From: Monosiga brevicollis MX1
Lineage: Eukaryota
Direction: 5' to 3'
Assembly (NCBI RefSeq): GCF_000002865.3
Contig: NW_001865076.1
Span: 199,570-263,569, forward strand
Length of the DNA stretch: 64,000 bases
Part shown: piece after piece, positions 24,842-37,946 of the stretch
How the letters are laid out: every line of letters begins with the position of its first letter
Position numbering within the stretch: the first letter of the stretch is position 1
Position numbers and translations under genes: made by a program
The notes under the pieces: generated by a model
Databases searched by the model: none
Seen by the model: only the letters and a program-made list of their open reading frames with translations
What the model was told of the DNA's origin: nothing

Positions 24842-26625
24842 ATGTCACTTCATGCCGAACAAACATCTGACGCCCGGAGATCTCGTACGCGACTCATGTG
24901 GTCCTTTGGTGTGATTGGCCATCATGGTCTAGCGTGGGCGTGGGCTTGTCGCTGACGGCCACCGTGGCTGTGATCGTGGCCGACGTCCTCTTGCTTGGTA
25001 CGTTGCAGCAGGCATACCACCCCGGCGAACAACGCTCCTGTGTGTTCCTGACACATGAATGATGGCTGGGTATGCAGGCTTTGGCAAGGCACGACACGAA
25101 TCCAATGGCTTTTTGATGCGAATTCTGGTACGATTCGACACTTTGACGGCCACGGCATGCTATCCACTTGACTTAACTCGCCCATCGCCTCTTTCCCCCC
25201 CTGCAGTACATCACCTACTTCATCCTGCTGGCTGCCATGTTGCGCTGGGATGGGGCCTTGAACCAGCTCTGCTACCCGAGCGGCGAATGTGGTGCGTATC
25301 CCGAAACACCACGTCTTCTGCATGTCGAATCGTCCACTCACAGTGTTCGCGTTTTTGTTTCTTTTCACAACACACACGAATCTGCACCGACAGTCTTGGC
25401 CTTTAACTATCACCCTCTTCTCTTGAGCGTGGCCTGGCTCTTTTGCATTGCCGAGAGCCTGAGTGCCTACAAGACCGCCCCTTTGGTTTTTGCACCCCGT
25501 GATCTCCGCAAGGTCTGATCTGGACAGTACGCCTTGTAGATTGTTCCTTGCATCCACTTGGCCCGAAGTGGCTTTCATTTCTCTTTCGATGCGCAACACA
25601 GCGACTCACAATCCTGCTGCTCAATTTGATTCTCTTGTCAGCGCTATCATGCCTTTATGAACCTGATTGCCTTGGCCCTGGGCTGGGTGGGCGCTGCAGT
25701 GGTAAGTGCTCCCAGTTCGCCTCCATGTGCGGTGTCGCGCTTGTGTAGCTGGGCCGCCTCACTGCCCTCTTGACCTTTCACAGGCCTTTAAGAATCATGC
25801 TGCGGGCAAGAAGCCGCACCTGGCTTCGATCCACTCCTGGCTGGGCCTTGCGAGTATGTGACCTGCCCCCGTGCACGACAGTGCAAAGATGAATATCGAC
25901 CCTACCCACCCATTTGCCATGGCCTTGTTTGGTCTGCGGCTGCCTGACATGCGACCCCTGCTCTGGCCTGCAACCTCGTAGCTTTGATGCTGCTGACTTT
26001 CCAGTTTATCTATGGTGCCTTTGTGTACTTCATGTCGAGCAATGTCAATCTGAAGCGCAGCTTCCTCCTGACTCACAAGTACTTGGGCGCCGCCGCCTAC
26101 GTTTCGGCATGCGGGGTCATCTCGCTGGGCATCTCCACCTACATTCTCAATCACAGCGTCTACGCGGTAAGTGCCTGCCTGTTTTGCTCGCCGAGTTGTG
26201 ACTATTCATGTGTCTGCCTGTGAACTTCACACTTTTTGTGGGCGGTCTGGCAGGAAAATTACACGCATCGCCGTCGCACGGCATTGGCGGCCGTGGTGGT
26301 GGTTTGGGCACAGGCCTTCCATGTCATTGCTGGGGTTTGTTTTCCGCATGAACCACAATGTCTCAAGGCGCCCGCTCGTGCCTTGTTTGGCTCTGCTGAC
26401 TTGACCCACTGGTGAATTCATCTCTATATAGCTCGTGTCCAGCACCATTGTTGTCGAGGTGCCGAAACTAGGTACGTCTGACCCGGCCATAAACGCCGTG
26501 CGGCAGATGCAATCCCGGCTCACTCGCTGTTTTGTGCCTCTTGACGATGAGTAGACACAAATGCCGAGGAAGAGGAGGCCCGCCTGATCAATGCAACCGA
26601 ACACCCGGAAAGCCTGTCCGAGTAA
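24842..26625 (+). CDS. Cytochrome b561 family transmembrane ascorbate/ferric reductase, multi-exon (start uncertain)
   Basis: Spliced FNYHPLLL, RYHAFMN, KPHLASIHSWLG, THKYLG give the four heme-ligand His residues; stop TAA 26623-26625. Confidence 0.85.
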
Positions 26626-27039
26626 AGGCCCGCTACCAGCATTGCGACTTATATACCATGTTCATCGTAGCTGCTACTTTTTGCATGTGTGTGTGTGTGT
26701 AACTCTTGATTTTTTTTCTTAATTTCTTTGAGGGGGCGAGTGTTGGAGTGTCGTCCGTTTTGGCCCAGAAAGCTTGGCATGGGGGCATATACATGGAGTT
26801 GTTGCTGCGTTTGTTGACCTCCAATTCAAGACTTTCCAGATGTGGCGCTTTCATAGACAAGAGTCGAGGGGGGAAATAAACAAGAGATTCTTGCGTATGT
26901 TTCATTTGACGCTGTGAAGGACATGGCATGAAAGCCCCCACACCCGGGTGGCGCAGCCACCATTTACAAGATTAGAAATATGCAAAAAAAAAAAAAAAAA
27001 ACAGAAGGAGCTATGAGAGAATATACCAATGACGCGGGC

Positions 27040-28057
27040 TCAGAGTGTGATAGCAAAGTTGTTGCGGCCGCCGCCCTCGACGAGGACTGCCTTGGTTTGG
27101 AGTTCTCGAGCCACGGGTGTTTGCGGTTCGACGCGCTGGCACCAATAACAGGCCAGGCGTTTGGTATGCTTGCGTTGCCGGACGGCAAACCCGACGGCAC
27201 CCAAGATCTGCAAAAGACGATCTTCGGTGGTGTACCGGCTGTTGTTGACGCAGGCCAGAGGCAGCATGAGGGCTAACCAACCATCGGGATGTAGCAACTC
27301 GTGGCACCGACGCAGCATGGCACCGCGCTGGGCGGGGGAAGGGACAAAGTTGATGACCAGGCACAAGGAAATGACATGGTAGCGCGGCTCATCCGGCACG
27401 GTGAAAAAATCGCACTTTTCCACAAACGGGTGCTGGGAGTTGAGGTCAATGGCTCGGGTGGCGATCCAAGCGCGCTCGCGTCGGTAATTGTCGTCCAGCG
27501 CGCCCACGTCAAGCAGAGCCAGCTGGGGGAGGGGTGCGCCAAATGCCTCTTGTCGGCCTGCTGGAGAATGTAATTGAGCCTCGCGCAGCATGCTGACGAC
27601 CCAGCGCGAGCTATTGGTCACGCCACGCGACTCGCTCTTGAGGGAGAATTGCTGGTAGGCCTCGATCCCTCCCAACTCGGTCAGCTCCTGTTCGATGGCA
27701 GCAGCACGGTGCGTCTCTTGATTGGCCTGCGCGTGCGCCAAATCCTTGTTGAGCTGATGCATATAGGCAATGGCAGCCGCACTATTCACAGCAAAGCAGG
27801 TCAGCACAAGGGTTCAAGCGCAGATTGACCGAACAGCAAGGGCGCAGCCGAGGCCTGGTCATTGGCACCTACTGCTTTCGACCGGATCGCCGCCCAACGA
27901 GGCCCTTTTCAACCACGCGCTTGACCAGCGGAGCCGTTGCCACCTGTGTCACCGGTCGTCCCCCCGTCTTCTTCTTCCCCCTGCCCTTTTGCTGCCCCCG
28001 ACCCCTCTTGGCCTTGTTGCCCATCTTGTCGCCCCCTGCCCCTGCGGCTGCCCCCAT
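27040..28057 (-). CDS. BMT2: 25S rRNA adenine-N1 methyltransferase Bmt2-like, 2 exons
   Basis: Basic N-terminus; LGGIEAYQ..S, SSRWVV, LLDVGAL, AIDLNSQHP, CDFF, ISLCLVINFVP...RGAML, LPLACVNNSRY, RNNFAI. Confidence 0.85.
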
Positions 28058-28069
28058 GACGGCTGCCTC

Positions 28070-28133
<64 letters not shown>

Positions 28134-28239
28134 TCTCTCTCTCTCTTACTCTTCTCTCTCTACTTTCTCTGACATTTTAGTATGACATTAGTGTCGCAAT
28201 TGTCAGACGTCAGACAGATATCGCTCCTGCATCATCATC

Positions 28240-29207
28240 ATGGCTGATGCGGGAGCGAGGACGGCGGGCAGCGCGGGGATGCGGTTGCCGGATCGGTTTG
28301 CGAGTTTGCCGGCGGCGCTGTCTGTGGTGGATCCGACTTGGGAGGTGGGTGGATGCATATCATTGAAGATGGTGTTTTATCGTGTGCCAAGGATTGTGCT
28401 GCTGCTTCAGTTGTGTTCTTCATTGAGCTTCGGTCTTGAACCCATGTCGCTGACGCTTCCATGCCCCTCGCTCTCTCTCTCTCTCTCTCCCTCTCTCACT
28501 CACCCTCTGTGCAGACGCTTGACCCAAACCCAGACATTTTCGAGCTGTTTCAGATCTTTAATCGACTCTTCTTCAATTCCAAGCTTGATGGCATCGAGGT
28601 GGGTCGAGGTCCAAGGCTGGACCCTCGTATGCTCTGCTCACGCACCTTGATTCACCTGGACTTGACAGGTCAAGTGGTCAGCGCGCATGACGTTGTGCGC
28701 TGGTGTCTGCAGCTTCGATGGCCAATTGTGCAGCGTGCGACTCTCTCAGGTCAGCTTGATGCCGGATGCTCCAACGCCTCGACCATTGGCCCCACATTGG
28801 TCCTGCTCGCGTGCAGACTTGCTCTGGTCCTCCCCAGTTCACTCTCTTTTATTTATTTAGCCTCTACTGCGGTATCGTCCGCGCGCCGACCTGGTCAACA
28901 CCCTTTTGCATGAAATGATTCACGGTACGCTGCCAACCAGCTCAGCAACGTCCTGCACTCGGCCATGACACCTGCATTGCCCCAGCTACGAGCCTCTCTG
29001 CTCATACCACTGCAATTCGAGTCACATGCAGCCTACCTATTTCTCTCCAAGGGCGAGCGGGATCGAGATGCCCACGGCCCCAACTTTCACTACCACATGC
29101 AGGTATTTACCCGCTCTGCCCCACCTGGCACCCATTGCCCCCGCATGCTGGCACCGAGCCTGTGTTACTGGAAGGGGGCAAAAAGAGTAGCGTGCACCCT
29201 CCTCACC

Positions 29208-29277
<70 letters not shown>

Positions 29278-30288
29278 GTTGTTGTTGTTGTGTGTTTAGC
29301 GGATCAACGTGCTTTCCGGAAGCCAGGTCACGGTCTTTCACACCTTTCATGACGAAGTCGATTTGCATCGGGTTCACTGGTGGCAGTGCCAGTAAGACTT
29401 ATACCACCTTCTTGCCACCTCTTCCTTGCAAGCATATTGTACTATGCCGCTCCGTGACACTTGAGGTGACCCTCACTTTGTTGTGTTGGACCAACTCGCC
29501 CATCAGGGGTCCTTGTCAGAAACGATCGCCTTACTTTGGGCTCGTCAAACGTGCCATGAACCGTGCGCCCTCGCCGCGAGACCCTTGGTGGGCTGATCAT
29601 CAGCGTAATTGTGGAGGCAACTACGTCAAGGTCGGTGGGCCACAGCCCGGCACTTCTGCCGCTGTCGCTTATCCACTTTTGTACGAGCGTTGGCCGCTTG
29701 AACTCTTTTATTCAGCCATCCTGCCGTCTAGATTCGCGAGCCGGAGGACTATGGAAAGAAGAAAAAGAAGAAGAAATCTGGCAAGCAGCACGACGAAACA
29801 TGCCCACCCGAGCAGACGGATGAACCCACGGCCAAGCGTTCTGCAGGCGCTAGTACGTCTGGCTGGTGACCCGACCTTCACCGAATATATGTTTGAAGGT
29901 GTTTGTCAAGCCCATGCGCCTCATTCCTTGTTTTTTTATAGGTGTGCCCCCGCGCCGTGCCAGCACCTCTGTGCTTGACCTGTTGCAACGAACTCCAGCC
30001 CAGCGAGCGCGCCGGGCAACCGCACCGGACAAGCTCAAAGAGGCAAGCCCCCTGCCAAAAACGATGGAGGATGATTATGACGCCCAGGCCGTTGCCAGCG
30101 AGGATGAGGTTGTGTGCATTGCCGAAGACACGATGGCGAAAGCGTTGCCTCAACAAGGATCGGCGGCCTCTGAACCCGAGGCTGACCTCGTGTGCCTCGG
30201 AGAAAGCTTTGCCTGCCCAATCTGCAGCGTGGCCGTCGCTACCCAGCTCGACATGAACCGCCACCTAGACACTGACCATGCCCTTTAG
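28240..30288 (+). CDS. SPRTN: SprT-like DNA-protein crosslink protease Spartan
   Basis: SVVDPTWE|TLDPNPD, VKWSARMTLCAGVC, LVNTLLHEMIH (HExxH), HGPNF, HTFHDEVD, VKRAMNRAPS.RDPWW..H...CGG, C-terminal UBZ CPIC..MNRHLD. Confidence 0.92.
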
Positions 30289-30834
30289 CGGTGCAGCTAC
30301 CCTGTGTTTTATTTCCTGTAACTCGTTGCATGGGCGTTGTACTCCTGTGACGGAGGGGTTTCATCGCCACAGTTGAAATCTCGTGCCTGGTGCTGAGCAC
30401 CGACCTCTGTTAACCGAAGGGGGCGTTCTATGGCCGTCCCCTCTCTTCTCCTTTCTTTTCTTTTTAGCCATCCGACCATCCTAATTGATCAATATAAATA
30501 TAAGACCTCTCGAGCAGCAGGCATGCAATACACCGACTACACCGCTTCCTTACCTCCCGAGTATCCTAATTTAATCCATTGGCATATCTTCAGTCATACT
30601 CATACTCTTCAGTCATTTTTCATTAGCCGTTTCGCTCGCCCACAAATGCGTTGAAGGACGGATTTGACGCTCACACCCACACGCCACTTCTAAAGTCATA
30701 TTCTTAGAATGATGGCACTCTTGTTGCTGCCTCTCATCCCATCTCACATGCCCTTTATACCGACCGCCGTCGTCTTATATGTATTCTCTCCTTTTCTTCT
30801 GAATTTTTCCATTTTTTTTGAGGCATATCTTCAT

Positions 30835-31045
30835 CTCTCGCTCTCTCGCTCGCTCTTTCTGTCTCTGTCTCTCTTGTCTCTGTCTCTCAAACCAATTGTC
30901 TCTCTCTCTCTCTCTCAAACTTTCTCTCAAGCTCTCTCTCTCTCTCTCTAACTTTCTCTCAAACTCTCTCTCTCTCTCTCAAACTTTCTCTCAAACTCTC
31001 TCTCTCTCTCTCAAACTTTCTCTCAAACTCTCTCTCTCTCTCTGT
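30835..31045. repeat. (CT)n-based minisatellite with CTCTCAAACTTT units
   Basis: Repeated tctctctctctcaaactttctctcaaac. Confidence 0.85.
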
Positions 31046-31095
31046 GTCTCTGGCGCATTTTTTCTCGTTTTCTCGTTTTTTTAATTTTGAGAAGG

Positions 31096-32381
31096 ATGAT
31101 GGCACCGGACGAGGGAGAGGGGAGTGCGAGCAGCTCGATGGCGTCGGGGGATATTGGGTTTGCGTCGGTGGAGCATGATGTCAACTTTGATGATTTGGCT
31201 GGATCCATCGACCAGGTAGGTCTGCATTTGTCGTCGTGGACCGTGTGGACATGTCGCACGCAGCAAGGGGTGATTGCTGGCTGAGGCTGACAGGCTTTGG
31301 CTGCGCCTTTTTCGTCGGCGCGTCGTTGGGGACGGCGGCATATGCAGGAGGCGGTGGCTGATCAGCAGCTGGTTCAAATGACGCTCGATGAGCCCGTGTG
31401 GGATACGCTCAAACGCGACCTGGTCGCTATCGGTCGCAAGTTTTACTACGTCTTTGTCCCGCATCGCAGCAAAGCCCTTTTACACGTACGTTCCCCCCCT
31501 GCACCGCTGCACCGCTGCTCCGCACCGCAGCCGGTGCTATTCTCCTCGAGATATGTATGAGTCAGCGCCATTGAGCAACTTGATCGTGCATCTTGCCCGC
31601 CCCAGGCAGCCGTGTACCTCCTCATCTCCTCATGCTGGCCCCACGCTTGTAGGACTGGGACTTGTGGGGTCCCATGATCCTGACCATGACGCTGGCTTTG
31701 ATGCTGCGGTCGTCGGCCGGTCCCGACTTCCAGTCTGAAGTCTTTGCCGGCGTTTTCTTCATCATTTGCGTTGGAGCTACCGTAATCACGGTCAACAATC
31801 AGCTTCTCGGCGGTACCCTGTACGCACCAAACATGCTGGCGCAAGCTCTTCCCCGTTATCCGAACACTTGCACCTCTCCTCTCATTCCTCTTGCTTCGTT
31901 GGGCTGGCCACATCTTCAGAACCTTTTTTCAAGGTCTCTGCGTTTTAGGATATTGCATCTTACCCCTGGTCACGGCATGCTTGCTCCTCAAGCTCATCTC
32001 CGCCATCAGCACCCATCTCGCCTTGCGCACGCTGGTCGTGGCCGTGGCCCTCGCGTGGTCCATCTACGGTACGCATCTTCTCGTCACCAATCGCGCCTGC
32101 CGCGCCCTCTTCTTGCCGCACCCTCTTCTTCCTACTATCACTTTCTGTCAGCTCACGGGGCATCCAAACTTGCTCCTCCGCTCTGTCACGTAGCTTCTTT
32201 TGGATTTGTGTCTGGGCAAAGCCCCGTCAAGCGCCGCGCGCTCGTGCTTTACCCCATTGTGCTTTACTACATTGTCATTGCATGGCTCGTGCTCAACGAT
32301 GCCCCCGTCGCCTCTCACGCCGCTGGCTCTGCCGCAAAAACCACGCCCGCACCAACGACAGTCCCTACCCAAGGCTCATAA
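31096..32381 (+). CDS. YIPF6: Yip1 domain family member 6, multi-exon
   Basis: TLDEPVWDTLKRDL, DWDLWGP, VITVN.QLLGG, FFQGLCVLGYCILPL, RRALVLYPI.L.Y. Confidence 0.9.
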
Positions 32382-32629
32382 CGCCACCGCCGAGAACATA
32401 CGACCGTTGTTCGCTACAACAAATCTAACAGTGCTCACATTCTCCCGTCAGCTCACAACCTGGCCCAGTGGATTATCATGTCGATTATTAAGAAAGAAGG
32501 ACGATGAGGGGCAAGGGAGACACAATGATCTTGCGTGTAACGACTCTCAAAAGAAGGGGCTAAGATGATGACCACAACGATCAGCAAACAATAATGACAT
32601 CCAGACTGACTCGGCCGGCTCCTCGGATT

Positions 32630-35600
32630 CTAATCCTCCCAGTCAGAGTCCGATTGTTCATCTACGAGGCAAGGAAGAAAAAAAAGAGAAAGAAAGAAAA
32701 AAAAAAAGATGAGGTAACGTCTCATAGCAAAGGGTCAACGGATAGGCTCCTCAAGAGGGGGTTGAAACTTCGGTCACCTCACAAGCGCGCAAAGTACCTA
32801 CCATCTTCACTATCCGACATGGCCCCTCGCCGTGCATCCATGGCATTGACCAGGGCAGTCGTGAGGGAGTTGCGTTGGCCTGGCGAACGTGCCGAGGTGG
32901 GTGTCGCCCGCACCCGGCGGAGCGACTTCTGGCCTTGGCCCGAACCAATAGAAGCCATCAACACTGCGTGTGGAGTGGCGGCTGCCGGTGAAGAAGGCTC
33001 GCTGCTGTCGTGCACACTGCGCAACCTGGATTTGTTACCGGGATCACGTAATGAAGCCAACAGCGATCCTCGTTCAGCCGATGGGGGTACACTCATCGGC
33101 CCAGTACCGGAGCGTGGCGGTGGTGTCGCAAAGGAAGACGGCGCTGAACTTGAGGTGGGTGACGCCAATAAAGTGGCACCAGACGGCGGTGGAGGGGGCG
33201 GAGGCGGTGGTGCTGGTGCACCATTGTTTGGTTTGGGCGTACTTGCCTCAGACGCCTGGGCCACCGAGGTTTCCGCCACCATGGAAAGATTCTCATCCAG
33301 CGGCGGGGGCGGCGGTACATCGAGCAGCTCACACGACGCTTGGCGGGATCCAAACAAGCGCGGGCGTAGCTCACGTGCATCAAGAGGTGGGGGTGGTGGC
33401 GGCACAAAGTCGAGATCATCGTCCGAATCGCTGTGGCTGTCGCGGGTTGCCTGGGTCATCAGGACAGGCGCAGGTGGCGGAGGCGGAGGAGGTGGCGCGA
33501 GCGCCAAATCACCACTGGAAGGTGGGGGCGGCGGTGGTGGCATGGGGGCTGCTGGCGCATTGACCGAAGCCACAATCTCGGGCGAGGCATCCATTACCAG
33601 GCTGGGCGGTGGTGGAGGCAGCGCACAGTCGGACTGCAGAGATGGCGGGCTGGGCACGCGATCGAGGAGAGAAGCTGCGCTGTTGGCCGTGGACAGTGTG
33701 ACGGGTGGCTGCATGGCCAGCACGTCGGCGTCTGTGATGTCCCCCAAGCCAAGGTCCATTTCCAAGTCCAAAACAGCATCCATAGTGGAAGCAAACACAC
33801 AAGGGTCCAGGACTTCCATCTCCATTGTGAAGGGGTCACTTGGTCCTGTGGTGCCACCTGCGGAGACGGGTGAAGGAACAGATGTGACACTCACGGCCGG
33901 CGGTGCTGCTGTTACGGCCACCACGCTGCCAGCGCGACTGGCCGGCTTTGGCGCCGGCGGCGGGGGCAATCGCTTAGCAGACGCATCTTCAGACATGGCA
34001 GTGGGCAAGGGGGCGGAATGCAGACTCGGCACCATCGCCACTGGACCCTCGGGCGTGTCCGCAGGTTGGACACTAGAGCTGGGCCGCGAGGTCATGGCTG
34101 ATGGAGGCAGGGGCAGTGCCTCGATTTCCAGCGCATCCACATCCGTGTCCATGGGACCATCGCCGAGTTCGCGAAACACAAGCACACGAGGTGGCGGGGG
34201 CTTGGGGGCTGGCGGTGGAGGTGGAGTTCGGGCGCGGGTTTTCAGCGCCGATCGAGCAGCAGCAATACCTTCAAGCGAGGGCATGGGTAGGGGGGCACTG
34301 GGTGTCGGCGCCGGGGTTGCAGTAGCGGGCGCGTGGCTGCTAGGTCCAGGCTGTGGTGGTGCGAGGCTTGACACAGGGGACGCTGAAGAAACCGGGGGCT
34401 GACTGGGCGAGGTCCGTAGCGCTGGCGGTGGAGGCGTCCTGGCGGCCGGGAAAGCCCGGCGCACACCAGAGCCCTCGCTGATGAGGGCGGCGGCACTGGC
34501 TCCACGAATAATTTTGCTGCCATCAGAGTAGTTGAGGGCCGAACGGGACCCCACGGAGCACAAGCTGCTCTGGCGGCTCAGGCTATATTGGGGGGCTGGC
34601 GAATGGGGCGATGACCGCGGACCCGTCTCGTCCCAGATGGTTTCGTTGGAGCGACGAGGTGTCCGCACCGGCAAATCGTCTTCCTCCGAGTCACATTCGG
34701 TCACGGCCGTCAAGTCCGAGTTGTTGGCCAGTAGCGAGTCGCTCGAGCTTTGGCGGCCGGGTGGTCCCGGGGCGCGTCGGCGCGAGGCGTCCCCATGCCG
34801 CGAGGCCGCTGCCCTGGCCACCTCCAAGAGAAGAGGCGGGGCTGGGGCTCGTCCACGCGCCCCACCCAAAGGTGGCTGCGGGGCCGGCGCAGCTGAGCGC
34901 ACGCTTCGCGTCCGCTTAAACTTGTCGGCAGCACCAAACAGGGACCGCAAGTCTGGGTTGCTGCGGCGCAGCAGGGATCGAATCCCGCCGTGCTGATCAA
35001 TCTGATTGAGGACAAAGTTACGTACGCCGACATCGTTCTGCACGGCCTCGGTCAAGTTTGTGCGGAGGCACAAATCGCAAAAGCCGGTGGGCATGCGCGC
35101 ATCACTCAGGGCGACGCCCTCGGCAAGCAGAGATGTGAGGCGCTGCACATCGCGGCGAGTGGCCTCGGGTTCGTCGTTGAGCGACGTTTGGGAGGGAGCG
35201 CGCTGCAGGGTGGGCTCGGAGATTTCCAGCTTGCGCCGCCGGCGCTGCTCCTCTTCCAGGTTTACGGGTGTTCGTCCCACCCCAGTGGAAGGGGTGGCAC
35301 TTGAGTTGCGACGGTTTCCGCGCTTTACGCTGGAGAAGGCCCCAGAAAACATGCTGCCACGGCGAGCGCGGGTGATTTTTCCCTCGACGAGAAAGATTTT
35401 GCGCCGCTTGCAGTCGCGCACAACGCCTTCCACCGGCACTAGCTTGCGGCCGCTGGGATTCTCGGCCATGACCAGGTCGGTTGCACTGAGGGAGCGCTTC
35501 TCAGCAATGTAAAAGAGCAGTTCACCCATCGACATCATCTCTGGGACGGAGACAACCGTTTCGCCGCCATCGGGCAGGTGCACCTGGAAGAATACCATCT

Positions 35601-36944
35601 CTGTGGTACTGCTTCGACGGCGCGGCTTGCCGGCGTTGTTTTGTGTGAGCACGGCCAGGGCCGTGGATTTGTCGCGTTTGGTGTCCACCACGTCCAGGAG
35701 ATGAACCAGATGGAGGGTCTTGTTGGTCACGTCAGCGACGGTCATGGTGGTGAGGTCGGTGGAGCTGAGAATGTTGCCCGCTTCGGTGAGCCGCACGCCA
35801 ATGGTGTGGGCATCGAGCTTGCGCTTTCGCGCAATGTGCTCAATAACATCCGTCAGGCGTTGAGACGGATCGTGCAGAGTCATTGTTGAGCCGGCCTCGG
35901 GAAAGTGAATCTGCACACCACGCACCAAACAGCAACCCCGTTTATGGAGTACAGGCCAAGAGGAGCGAGGATGGGTGCATGGAGGAGCAAAAAAAGGGCG
36001 ACGAAACTGTACCTTGAGCAGGACTTTGTTCTGCTTGTCCTCCTTTTTGGACATGTCAGTCAGAAATTGATAGGCCTCGGTGGTCTGACCGGTCCGGTTC
36101 AGGTGGGAGAGCCGGTGCTGGGCCTCGGCATTTCGTAGCTTGGCTTCGGCGGCCGTTTTGGCCAACTGAACGCCAGCTTGCAAGTGTTGCAGCAGCTACT
36201 CATGGCACGAGGGCTAGCGGTTAGTCAAATGCCTGGGCCAGCAGCACGGTGTTGGGTCCGAGCAGGAGGGCTTATGCTCACCTTGTCTGTGGCGGCACTG
36301 GCCACGAGCTGTACGCCGTAGGATAGGCAAGAGCCTTTGGCATGCCATTGGATAAAGGTATCTTTGGTGCGCTTGAGGCGGGTCTCCGCTGTGATCTTCA
36401 GGTTGAGCTGCACCACAACGTTTGGCCCATGAGTTGATACATCCCCAAGGAAAAGAGATAGCTTTTGGGTCATGGGGGGTCGGTGGTACACAAGAATGCC
36501 GTTCTCGACCGACTGTAATCCCACACCACGCTCGGCTTACCTCGCGTCCTTTGCCCGTGGAGACGATGCGGAAGGGATGCTCAATCGAGGCTCGATCGTG
36601 AACGACGCGCAGACCAATGTACCCATCCGTCAGTGTACGCCAGCCCTCGGGATCCCCTTGCATGCTAAAGGGTTTCAGGTCAGAAGTAAGGGGAGGGTTC
36701 AAAGGACTTTGTGAGCACGCAAGAGTGGGGACGTTCAGCGAGACCTAAACCACTCTTTGGCTTGGCATGCACCAGGGCCCCAGAAATGGCGAGAGGTATC
36801 AACTCATGACACGCACCAGCTGTAGAGAGCGCCATGGTAGGTATCGACGATGCTCTCAGACGTCGACAAATCAGTCTGCGATGAGCCGCGGTTGGCACGC
36901 TCCAGGGTGTGGGAGGTTTGCATGGCGTTGAGCGCCGTCGTCAT
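32630..36944 (-). CDS. WASP-family actin nucleation-promoting factor with WH1, two ubiquitin-like RBD/Cobl-type domains, degenerate CRIB/GBD, Pro-rich region, 2x WH2 and C-A
   Basis: N-terminal EVH1-like exons (ALYS..GWRTLTDGYIGLRVV; TFIQW..SYGVQL); WH2 RGSLLASLRDPGNKSRLRSV and HAVLMASIGSGQGQKSLRRV; C helix SLTTALVNAMDARRGAM; last exon 32661-32630 completes SDSEDDEQSDSDWED*. Confidence 0.85.
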
Positions 36945-37946
36945 TGAGACTGACGTTGCGGCGAGGAACCCCTCGCCTTAACCCAAACCTGCAGTCTTGA
37001 TGCTGGTGCAACCGAGACCAAGGGCGAGCGTTCAAGGATCACTCAGCCCAAGCGCACGACAACACCTGCATGGGATGGGATGGAATGCAATGGTCGCCAA
37101 CAGATGAGTTTTCATGTTGACCCATGGTTGATACTTTCCTTGAGCCGCGTACGGTTGTTTCACAAGCAGCAAATGTCGCCGAGTCGGGCAGAGCGATTCA
37201 AGATGCAGGCAGACGTACGCGAGGCTCGGGAAGTGTTCTAGCGTGCGGCGGTGACGCTGCCGACAAAATTCTGCTTGGGCTGCACGCTCTGCTTTGAAAC
37301 ACAATGCAACTTTGATCAAAGGTCGCCGCCTTGAGGGTTGGCGGACGAGCAGGCGATCGCTGCGCAGATAAGGCCGGGCCGAGCCGAGACGCTGAGCGCT
37401 GTGACGAATGACTTGTGCTCTATCTATGTTTTTTTGGTGCACGGAGGCGAGCGAACTGGCACACGAGCGGTGTCATCGGTCACGCAGCCTCTCTTTTCTT
37501 TTTCTTTTCTCCCCAACTCTGGCTGTGGTGGTGGATTGGTCTGACTGGATGTGGTCAGCAGCATTGCTCGAAGCAGCCAAGGCCGTGGCGGACACCCACT
37601 GCGACATTCCAACCGGGGCTCAAGCGTGTCCGCGACTATGCACCAACGACCATGAATCGTGCTTGCTTGCACGCATCCTCCCGTCAGTCAGGGTTGAAAG
37701 CCAGAAAATTGTCAGCACTTCTGCTTCCGTTCTTCGTGGTTGTCTGGCGACGCGGGACGCATGTCACATGTGAATAGCGATACCCTCGACTGGCTGGCCT
37801 ACGGTGGTCCTCGGAGTGTTTCTCAGCTGGCGGGCAGCAGGGGTGAGGAGATGACGCGTCTTGCTCCGATAGGAGAGAGCGACTGTGAATGTAAGATTGA
37901 GAGAAAAAGGGAAAAAGGGGGGAATAAAATTATTTGAAACACAATC

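Noticed and set aside
32594..34402. 602-aa + strand Gly-rich ORF
   Set aside because: Antisense shadow of the Pro-rich WASP-like exon
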